Shown: in pieces, positions 9,357 to 17,427 of the stretch
Layout of the letters: the number at the start of each line of letters is the position of its first letter
Numbering within the stretch: position 1 is the first letter of the stretch
Assembly: GCA_011605725.1 (NCBI GenBank)
Contig: JAAOZP010000007.1
Location: 1-58,366, forward strand
Direction of reading: 5' to 3'
DNA length: 58,366 bases
DNA from: Nitrososphaerota archaeon
Lineage (GTDB): Archaea; Thermoproteota; EX4484-205; JAAOZP01
Program-made: the position numbers and the translations under genes
The notes under the pieces: model-generated
Databases searched by the model: none
The model's input: only the letters and a program-made list of their open reading frames with translations
What the model was told of the DNA's origin: nothing

Positions 9357-11517
9357 ACTGTGCTTTATATATTTTAGCGTACAGCCCGTTCAGCCTCAAA
9401 AGCTCCTCATGCGTACCGGTTTCAACAATCCTACCCTTATCCATCACAACTATCTTGTTTGATCTTTGAAGGGTTGAGAGCCTGTGCGCAATAACTATTG
9501 TGGTTCTCTCCTTCGAGATATTGTCTAAGGCCTGCTGTATCTGTCTCTCCGCAAGCGTGTCCACAGAGGATGTTGCTTCATCCATTATTAGAATTTTAGG
9601 CTCAAGAATTATTGCTCTCGCTATCGCGATCCTCTGTCTCTCTCCCCCTGAGAGTCTTGAGCCTCTCTCTCCAACAGGCGAATCGTAGGCTAAGGGGAGG
9701 TTCATTATTGTCTCATGAATATTCGCAGCCTTGGCTGCAGCTATCACTTTCTTCAAATCCACTTTTTCAAGGCCGTATGTTATGTTGAACAATACGGAGT
9801 TGTCGAAGAGAAACGGGTCCTGAGCAACTATCCCTATGCTTTTCCTCAACCTTTCCAGCCTGATTTTCCTAATGTCGACACCGTCTATCAGAATCCTGCC
9901 TTCATTTACGTCGTAGAATCTTAACAGTAGTTTCGTCAGTGTTGTCTTGCCTGAGCCGCTTTGCCCAACTATTCCAACCATCTCGCCCCTTCTTATTTCA
10001 AGGTTTATGTTTTTCAAAACCGGGATGAACGGTTCATAACCGAACGTAACGTTTTCAAACCTTATGTCCCCCATGATCTCGAAATCCTGGGCGTCAGGAG
10101 CATCTTTAATCGCAGGGTCGATCCTTAGGATTTCAAGAATCCTTTCCCCGGAGGTTACTGCTTGCTGCAGTGGCTCAGCAAGGTTTGTTACTGTTTGAAT
10201 CGGACCGTAAAACATCCACATGTAGCTGACGAATGCGACAAGTGTGCCGGGAGAAATATCTCCACTTATAACGTGTAATCCGCCAACGTACCATACTATC
10301 GCTGCTCCCGCGGAGCTGACGAAGCCTAGGATTGGGAAAAAGCTAAGGTGTAGTCTCGTTATGTCCAGGTTTGCCTTAACAACCTCGTTCATTCTCTCAA
10401 TAAACCTGTTGACCTCTCCTTTCTCCTTAGCGAAAGACTTCACAACAGATATTCCGGGTATCGTGTCTACGAGTAGAGAGCTTACGTCAGCCCATTTTCG
10501 CCAAGCCTTATGGTAGACAAGCCGGGCTTTAGACCTGAACCGTGGTATTCCAAGGATTATGAGTGGAAAAGGCAGTAGTGCGAAAAGAGAGAGCCTGTAA
10601 TCCATAGTGAATATTATGATGCCTATTCCAATTATGGAGAGGACGTTTATGATTAGGCTTGGTATCCCCCAAACCAGGAACCATTGGACCCTGCCAATAT
10701 CATCAGTTATTCTTGAAATAACCCTGCCGGTGCTCATCTTGTCGTAGAACGACATTGAGAGTTCCTGGACATGACTGTAGAGGTCTCTCCTCATGCTGTA
10801 AACCAGTTTCTGGCTTAAAAGTGAAAGCGAATAGTTTTGAAGTATTCCGAGAAGAGTGTTCAACGCGTAGATAGTTATTAGGAGGGCAGTTAGGTTTAGA
10901 AGCGTGGTTTCCTGTTTCTGGGTTGCTATTTGATCTATGAGTGTCCTAAGCAGGGAGGGAGGCACTAGGTTTAATCCTGTGATTACGACGGATAGGGTTA
11001 AACCAGTCAACACGAGATACCAATGGGGCTTGAGATAAGACATTAGCCAGATTATTGCGCTCTTCCTGCTCTTCCCGTTTTTTTCAAAGTATAGCTTGAA
11101 CTCTATCTCCCTAGGGTCTTTATACTGGAGAAGCGCGTTTACCACTCCTGCCGCATGTCTAAACTCGCTTATCTTGTCTTTCGAAAACCTCGCTACAGGG
11201 ACTTCTCTACCATCGACAACCAGAATGAGCTCGCTGTTTCCAAGGTAATCGTTGAAGACTACTTGCGTAATCCTTCCTATCTCTAATTCCACCTGCTTAA
11301 GCCCTTTCTCATCCAGCTTCAAAACCCTTTTGTTTGTAACTATGAATAAGTATTTAGAGTAGTTGCCATCGTCACTCAGGTCGCCTGTTGCGATCGATAG
11401 AATTGTTTCTTCAGGCCTCGTTTCCTTCTCGACCAGTTTCCTTTCTTCTTCGCCGAGTTTCTCTAGAATGATTCCGCTGGTTTCAACATGCTCCAACCTT
11501 AAAAGTGCTGCTTGCAC
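9322..11517 (-). CDS. ABC exporter with an N-terminal PH-like extension (DUF1854-associated type)
   Basis: About 150 aa N-terminal domain (GDLSDDG..LFIVTNKRV), then a TMD, GQSGSGKT, LSGGERQ, IMDEATSSVD. Confidence 0.9.
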   Translation of the reverse strand: MQAALLRLEHVETSGIILEKLGEEERKLVEKETRPEETILSIATGDLSDDGNYSKYLFIVTNKRVLKLDEKGLKQVELEIGRITQVVFNDYLGNSELILVVDGREVPVARFSKDKISEFRHAAGVVNALLQYKDPREIEFKLYFEKNGKSRKSAIIWLMSYLKPHWYLVLTGLTLSVVITGLNLVPPSLLRTLIDQIATQKQETTLLNLTALLITIYALNTLLGILQNYSLSLLSQKLVYSMRRDLYSHVQELSMSFYDKMSTGRVISRITDDIGRVQWFLVWGIPSLIINVLSIIGIGIIIFTMDYRLSLFALLPFPLIILGIPRFRSKARLVYHKAWRKWADVSSLLVDTIPGISVVKSFAKEKGEVNRFIERMNEVVKANLDITRLHLSFFPILGFVSSAGAAIVWYVGGLHVISGDISPGTLVAFVSYMWMFYGPIQTVTNLAEPLQQAVTSGERILEILRIDPAIKDAPDAQDFEIMGDIRFENVTFGYEPFIPVLKNINLEIRRGEMVGIVGQSGSGKTTLTKLLLRFYDVNEGRILIDGVDIRKIRLERLRKSIGIVAQDPFLFDNSVLFNITYGLEKVDLKKVIAAAKAANIHETIMNLPLAYDSPVGERGSRLSGGERQRIAIARAIILEPKILIMDEATSSVDTLAERQIQQALDNISKERTTIVIAHRLSTLQRSNKIVVMDKGRIVETGTHEELLRLNGLYAKIYKAQFAEAEKQVAVA

Positions 11518-11637
11518 GCGGTTCTCTATTTAAGGCTTTTTGATTTAACAATGTAAAAACTTATTTAAGCCCTATGGTTCCGTTTCCCCGTTTCCACTCG
11601 TGAACGCTTAAATAACGCTGGGGAAAACATTAGTCGT

Positions 11638-12615
11638 ATGAGAAGTCTTAAAACGGTTGGGCTTATCGTTGCCGTAATTGTCATCCTGGTATTGTTCATC
11701 CTCTACGGTAGAACAGTGATACCTTTCCTACCGCCGATTTTCACCGTTGAAATTGAGCCGGGGACTTTCATTCAAGCCATGCTGGTTGCAGCAGGCATCT
11801 ACATAATGTATGTAATAATATCCTACGCGATTTCCTCCACGGTAGTGCGTGCCGGCGGAAAGCGTGGGGACGTGAAGATGCTGACGAGCTTTCTGCGTTC
11901 AATCATGTTTTTCATCGGAGTCCTGCTGATTATAAGCATATTCACCGGAGGCGGGTTAACATTCGCCACAGCCCTCGGAGCCTTCGGAGGAATGTTTCTA
12001 GGATGGTCTCTGCAGCAGCCCGTCACCGGGCTTGCAGCATGGTTCCTGATAAACATAAGGCGTCCGTTTAAAGTTGGTGACCGTATTTTCCTTCCCGCAT
12101 GGGGTCTGATAGGCGATGTCTTAGACGTTGGAATGATGTATACGACGCTTAACCAGGTTGGTGGAACTATAGGAAGCGAGGAGCCTTCTGGAAGAAGAAT
12201 TCTAATACCCAATGCGATACTTTTCTCAAACGTTATTATAAACTATACGAGCGAGATTAAGACGACTCAGCCATATATACTGGATGAGGTTGTCGTCAGG
12301 ATAACTTACGATTCTGACTGGGAGGAGGCGGAGAGGATAATGAAGAAGGTTGCGACAGAGGTTACTATGGACATAATAAAGGAGACTGGTGTTGAGCCGT
12401 ATGTTAGGTCTGATTTCTACGATTATGGAGTATACCTTAGGCTCAGGTACATGACGCTTGCTGTGGACCGTCCTAGGATAGCTCACGAGATAAACAAGAA
12501 AATATTCGAAGAGTTCCAGAAGAACGAGAAAGTAGACTTCGCCATTCCATTCATATATTCCTACAAGAAGGGTGAGAAGGCCTTTAAAGTACTTGGCGAC
12601 TCGACAGCGGATTAA
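11638..12615 (+). CDS. mscS: Small-conductance mechanosensitive channel (MscS family)
   Basis: Three TM segments, RRPFKVGDRI, ILIPNA, ITYDSD. Confidence 0.88.
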   Translation: MRSLKTVGLIVAVIVILVLFILYGRTVIPFLPPIFTVEIEPGTFIQAMLVAAGIYIMYVIISYAISSTVVRAGGKRGDVKMLTSFLRSIMFFIGVLLIISIFTGGGLTFATALGAFGGMFLGWSLQQPVTGLAAWFLINIRRPFKVGDRIFLPAWGLIGDVLDVGMMYTTLNQVGGTIGSEEPSGRRILIPNAILFSNVIINYTSEIKTTQPYILDEVVVRITYDSDWEEAERIMKKVATEVTMDIIKETGVEPYVRSDFYDYGVYLRLRYMTLAVDRPRIAHEINKKIFEEFQKNEKVDFAIPFIYSYKKGEKAFKVLGDSTAD

Positions 12616-12653
12616 AGCTTTTAACCAAGAAGCCTGGAAATACGTGTGAAGCC

Positions 12654-13358
12654 TTGGATTACAGCGAGCTCCTGAGAAAGAGTCTACACTTCCTCCTCTC
12701 GCTAATACTCCTCCTACCGTTCTTGTTAAACCGGTTTGAAATAGTTTTAGACACAAGGGTTTTCTACTCTGTTTTAAGCATCGTGGCCCTGACGCTGAAC
12801 GCGATCCAGATTAAGCGGCCCCTCTTAAGAAGCGAGGTTAAGGGCTTCATGAGAGAGAAGAGGGAGAAATTCTTCAACGATATTAGAAACTACCTGCCCT
12901 TGAGAAGCAGGGTTACTGCTCAGGTTATAGACAGGGTTGAGGAGAAGATTAGGGGGATAGAGGACCTTATAGACCACCAATTATCAACTGTTGAGAGAGA
13001 CTACGAGAAGAGAGGAGGATATATAGGTTTAACCTATGGAATACTTGGAGTAACCTTATCATACTTCCTGTTCGAGGATTACGCTTTCTACGGGGTTGTT
13101 TCACTGGCTACGACGGATGCTGTAGCGACACTCGTGGGTGGTCTAACTGGTGTTCACAGGCTTCCGTTGACAAGCAAGACTTTTGAAGGAAGTGTTTCAG
13201 GCTTCGCAGCGTTTTTCACAGTCTTGCTTTTAACAGGTGTTTCCCCGTTGAGCGCCCTCATGCTTTCAATCATGGCAGCGATTGTTGAAGCCTACACGGT
13301 AGAGGATAATTTGCTTCTACCCATAGCCGTATCGTTCCTCTCAACCTTTACCGTTTAA
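12654..13358 (+). CDS. Dolichol/phytol kinase (SEC59/CTP transferase family) membrane protein
   Basis: ELLRKSLH, DAVATLVG, KTFEGS, EDNLLLP. Confidence 0.8.
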   Translation: MDYSELLRKSLHFLLSLILLLPFLLNRFEIVLDTRVFYSVLSIVALTLNAIQIKRPLLRSEVKGFMREKREKFFNDIRNYLPLRSRVTAQVIDRVEEKIRGIEDLIDHQLSTVERDYEKRGGYIGLTYGILGVTLSYFLFEDYAFYGVVSLATTDAVATLVGGLTGVHRLPLTSKTFEGSVSGFAAFFTVLLLTGVSPLSALMLSIMAAIVEAYTVEDNLLLPIAVSFLSTFTV

Positions 13359-14125
13359 AGGTTTTTCTTAAACCATTCCGTCGTAATCTCGATAACTCTA
13401 TCCTCATACTCTCTCCCGGTGAAAGTATGGTCTGCCCCATCTATTATTACGAGCCTCTTGGGTTCCCCCGCTTTCTCATAAAGCATGTGCGCGTGTTTAA
13501 CTGGGACAACAGTGTCTCCTGAACCATGCATAATAAGAATCGGCCTTGGAGTGATCTTTGAACAGGCATCCAGTACATCGTGCTTCAAAATGTCCGTGAA
13601 AAAGTCTTTACCCACTCTGAAGCCGCTCGGCAGGTCCACGTAGCCTTTTTCCGTGACTGTTTTCAAATCGGCTCCGAAAGCTTTCAAGCCGTCTGACATG
13701 ATTCTGAATTCAGCCGGCGAGGACCAGCTGCATACTGCCTTCACCATCTGGTTTCGTGCAGCAGTCAGGATAGAGACTGCTCCTCCAAGGCTTAACCCTA
13801 CTACGCCGATTTTATCGCGCGCAACCTCGTTCCTTTCAAGCAGGAAGCTTAAAACAGAGTTAAGATCAGTTATCTCTGAGGAGACCGTCATGTTTTCAAA
13901 CTCGCCCTCGCTCTCGCCGGATCCTCTGAAGTCGAATCTAACGGCTGCGATGCCCTCTCTACTCATTTTCCTAGCTGCGCGTACGAACAGCCTGTGGGCT
14001 TCAACCCTGTTTCCAGTGAAACCATGGCAGAAAACTACTGTCGGAGCAGGCGTTTCATCGGGAACATGCATAACGCCGTGTATTCTCTCTCCTATTACGG
14101 TTACAAATATGGGTTTTTCCTCCAT
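13355..14125 (-). CDS. Alpha/beta-fold hydrolase (esterase/peptidase S9-like)
   Basis: HGFTG, FDFRGSGES, GLSLGG nucleophile, HGSGD, GADH. Confidence 0.9.
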   Translation of the reverse strand: MEEKPIFVTVIGERIHGVMHVPDETPAPTVVFCHGFTGNRVEAHRLFVRAARKMSREGIAAVRFDFRGSGESEGEFENMTVSSEITDLNSVLSFLLERNEVARDKIGVVGLSLGGAVSILTAARNQMVKAVCSWSSPAEFRIMSDGLKAFGADLKTVTEKGYVDLPSGFRVGKDFFTDILKHDVLDACSKITPRPILIMHGSGDTVVPVKHAHMLYEKAGEPKRLVIIDGADHTFTGREYEDRVIEITTEWFKKNL

Positions 14126-14186
14126 TTCTGAGATCAGTCTGCAAACGCTATTTATAAATATGGGTGTTAAGAAAGCTTAGCAAGGT

Positions 14187-15131
14187 TTATTCAAACTCTA
14201 TTGTTGCAGGAGGCTTGTCAGAAATATCGTAAAGCACCCTTGAGACTTCAGGAAGACTACTGATTATCATGTCCCTCACCCTGTCAAGCCTAGCCCAGTC
14301 GAGCCTAACATACTTCGCAGTAATAGCGTCTTCAGACTTGACGATTCTCAGGGCAATCATGTACCCGTACTTCCTTGTCGAATCCTTCTCCACTCCCGTA
14401 GCCCTCCCTTCGAGAAGAACTGGGAAGGCTTGGAAACACTCTATGTCCGCAAGCTCGTCGTCAACTATGGCTGTAGCCTTCTTTATTACTGAAAGCTTCT
14501 CCTCAGTGACTTCACCGAGTACCCTGATTGCCAGCCCGGGTCCTGGGAACGGTCTACGGTTAACTATTTCATCCGGAAGCCCCAGTTCCCTTGCAACCAT
14601 CCTGACCTGATTCTTGTAAAGCTCTTTCAAGGGTTCAACTATTTTAAAACCGTATTTCTCAAGCGGGTTTATGCCTATCTGCTCCAGAACATTATGCTGT
14701 GTTTTCACTCCTCCGGCGGTTTCAACTATGTCCGCCGCTATCGTTCCCTGCAGAACGATTTTTGCACCAGCCTGCTTAGCTATTTTCGAAAAAGTCTCGT
14801 AGAAGGTTTCTCGGAAAGCCTTTCTCTTCTCCTCAGCGTCCCTGATTCCTTTTAAAGCCTTTAAAAAATCTTTTTGAACATCATGCACCTCTACGCTTAT
14901 CCCTAGGTTTCTGAAGACCCTGCTAGTCTTCTCAGCCTCCCCTATTCTCATGAAACCGTCATCCAGGAAGACGGCTCTAAGGTTTCCGCCAACCGCTTTA
15001 AAACCCAGTACAGCCACTACGGAGCTGTCGACCCCGCCGGATAAGGCGACGATAGCTGTCTCGCCGCCGACCTCTCTTCTTAAAAAACCTGTTTTTTCCT
15101 CTATGAATTCTCTGGCGTTGAACTGTTTCAT
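14187..15131 (-). CDS. guaAB: GMP synthase subunit B (ATP pyrophosphatase subunit, archaeal split type)
   Basis: SGGVDSS, QGTI, KTQHNV, PFPGPGLAIR, KPPATIEFE; no GATase domain. Confidence 0.93.
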   Translation of the reverse strand: MKQFNAREFIEEKTGFLRREVGGETAIVALSGGVDSSVVAVLGFKAVGGNLRAVFLDDGFMRIGEAEKTSRVFRNLGISVEVHDVQKDFLKALKGIRDAEEKRKAFRETFYETFSKIAKQAGAKIVLQGTIAADIVETAGGVKTQHNVLEQIGINPLEKYGFKIVEPLKELYKNQVRMVARELGLPDEIVNRRPFPGPGLAIRVLGEVTEEKLSVIKKATAIVDDELADIECFQAFPVLLEGRATGVEKDSTRKYGYMIALRIVKSEDAITAKYVRLDWARLDRVRDMIISSLPEVSRVLYDISDKPPATIEFE

Positions 15132-15378
15132 GCCTCAGCCCGTTTAAAGCCATTATTTAAGCTTTATCACGGTTCTTCAAGATTTTAAGCAAGAGTATTT
15201 TTCAAATGCTGAACTTTTTCAGAAACGCTTGTAAACCGTTGTAACGCGCTAAACTTTCACGGCTGTCTATATTTGCTTCAGCCAGTGGAATCCGCTTATC
15301 AAGCATGTTGACGACGCGTAAGACCATGCTTGCTACATCATCTTTCTACAGCATGTGAGGAGGAATCCGAGTAATCCA

Positions 15379-16377
15379 TTATTTTGCAGGCTTGTTAAAA
15401 ACCTTGGAGAAACCTATCTTCAAAAGAGAAGGTAAACCTATGAAGTCAGTCACCGTGTAGAAGAATCGGAAAAGCAGCGATATGGATACGCCTTGTGAAA
15501 GAGGAACTCCGAAAAGCTGTAGCAACGCTGCTAAAACACCCTCCTGCACCCCTAGACCCGCTAGTGTTAAAGGCAAGTATGTGAAGCTCGACACGAGCGA
15601 GTATATGAAGATGAATAACACAGGGCTCAGCTTAACGCCGACGGAAAGAGAGAAAAAACAGAGGGCCGCCGAGTCCAGAATGGATGTCGACAACATGGAT
15701 AAAACAACTGGTCCCAGAGCCTTCTTCGCTTTAACACCTTCTCTCTGAAAGTTTTCGATCCTATTCAAGTAGGGGTTTAGAACTCTACCTATCAACCTGA
15801 ACGAGCTGAGCCTCCGTGCAAGCTTCCTAGGCTTATCGGACCAGAGGATTGTTGCGAAGCATAGGGCGCTGGCTGCCAGAATGATGGCGCTTAAAGCAAC
15901 AATCCATTGGACTCCAGAAATAGTTTCCACTGGGCCGATTAGATACGTTACTGAAATTACTGTTAGGAAAGCCCTTACGATGAAGTCAACCATGCCCGAC
16001 AGGATTGTCGCCACTAAGCATGCTTCGAAAGGGGTTTTGCTGAGCGCCTCCATTACGAAGGGAGTTATGAAGTATCCTGAACGCCCAGGTGTAAGGTCAC
16101 TCGCCAACTGGCCTGCGAAGTTCGCCTGAATACAGCTTAAAAGCCCAGCCTTATGTTTTAAGGATGACAGGATAAAGTAGAAGGATAGCGCTATCATTGT
16201 TGAGGCAGCCAGTATCAGGAGGGAGCCGGCTAAAACGTATTTAGCATCAGCGTAAAGCAGGGTTTTAAAAGTCTCTTCAAAGTTTGCCTGCTGAAGCAGG
16301 ATTACCAGGATGAGTAGGCCTATTGCTAGCTGAAAAACTATTAAAACCCACTTTCCCGCTTTCTTCTCCTGCTTCAT
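15379..16377 (-). CDS. Lysylphosphatidylglycerol synthase TM/UPF0104 flippase-like membrane protein
   Basis: LTPGRSG, PLTLAGLGVQEG, multiple TM segments. Confidence 0.8.
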   Translation of the reverse strand: MKQEKKAGKWVLIVFQLAIGLLILVILLQQANFEETFKTLLYADAKYVLAGSLLILAASTMIALSFYFILSSLKHKAGLLSCIQANFAGQLASDLTPGRSGYFITPFVMEALSKTPFEACLVATILSGMVDFIVRAFLTVISVTYLIGPVETISGVQWIVALSAIILAASALCFATILWSDKPRKLARRLSSFRLIGRVLNPYLNRIENFQREGVKAKKALGPVVLSMLSTSILDSAALCFFSLSVGVKLSPVLFIFIYSLVSSFTYLPLTLAGLGVQEGVLAALLQLFGVPLSQGVSISLLFRFFYTVTDFIGLPSLLKIGFSKVFNKPAK

Positions 16378-16522
16378 GCTTCTATTACCCTTGGGGAAAA
16401 GGAATTATTAATGGTTGCCGGTTTTACGCCTGCGAGATCACTGTCAGCCTGCGGGCTCAAGAATCACATTCCTCTCCTCCGGCAAACGGTTTCCGGTTGC
16501 CGACTGCTATACCGGTTAAGAG

Positions 16523-17317
16523 TCAGCCCTGATGGGGGGAGCCTTTCTCGCTCAACTTTTCCAGCATGATTTTTCTTTCAGCTTCCAGCTCGTCAAGAAT
16601 TCTCCGGAGCCTTGCAGTCAGCCTATCGTAGGCTCCTCCAGATATTATGTTATCCTTCTTCTCATCCTCTAAAACAACCAGAAAAGCCCTTACTCTAGTA
16701 ATCTCCTCCTCTATAATGTTCAGGCTGACCGGTAGGGGGGGCGTGCCGGCTGTCGACTCGGATGCTGAAGAGGATTCCTCCTGAATGGTTCGCGTCTCCT
16801 CCTCGCCTGATAATGGTTTAAAAAGATCCAGAGGCGGGCTGGATGTTTCAACAACCTCCTCCGCAGGGGGTTGCGAAACTACTGCGGCGACTTTTCTCCT
16901 CGCACTGGGTCTAAACTTTCCTATTACTATTGCTGCTACGGAGGCTCCCCAGACTGTGAAGTAGCCAGCTCCGTAGCTCGGCATGTTGAAGCCCAGTACA
17001 GGGTTGAAGACTGTTACTGTGGTTAAGAGGATTACTCCAAGGATGCTTATGACGCCGGAGCGCAAAGGATATAGCCCGAGGGCTCCAGCAGCAATCAGAA
17101 TTATGAATGATACTAGGATGATTATTTCGTAGATTATGAGGCTCATGGGCTGCTGCACGCCGTTTGCAATGTTTTGAACGAATTGAACCACCATGTTGAA
17201 CAAGGTTGTTTCTCCAGTCTGGCCTGAGGGAAGCATGAAGGAGCCGAACGGGAGTAGGAACGTTGCTAGAATAGTAACCAGGCCCAGCGCTATGCCTGCA
17301 ACCCTGTCCGTATCCAT
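16523..17317 (-). CDS. Hypothetical membrane protein (4 TM, low-complexity linker, C-terminal coiled coil)
   Basis: Hydrophobic N-terminal half, S/E/P-rich linker, charged helical tail. Confidence 0.6.
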   Translation of the reverse strand: MDTDRVAGIALGLVTILATFLLPFGSFMLPSGQTGETTLFNMVVQFVQNIANGVQQPMSLIIYEIIILVSFIILIAAGALGLYPLRSGVISILGVILLTTVTVFNPVLGFNMPSYGAGYFTVWGASVAAIVIGKFRPSARRKVAAVVSQPPAEEVVETSSPPLDLFKPLSGEEETRTIQEESSSASESTAGTPPLPVSLNIIEEEITRVRAFLVVLEDEKKDNIISGGAYDRLTARLRRILDELEAERKIMLEKLSEKGSPHQG

Positions 17318-17427
17318 CTCTACGTTATTTTGTCTTGTTAAAACATATATTAACCTTCCTTTTCAGCATTTTTCACAGTTAAGACTAGGTATTCCGGTTT
17401 TACAGCGTCCAGGGTTTTGGCGAAGAG

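Noticed and set aside
16378-16522. TTGCCGG...CCGGCAA inverted repeat as a structured RNA
   Set aside because: The arms are only 7 bp, with no further support.
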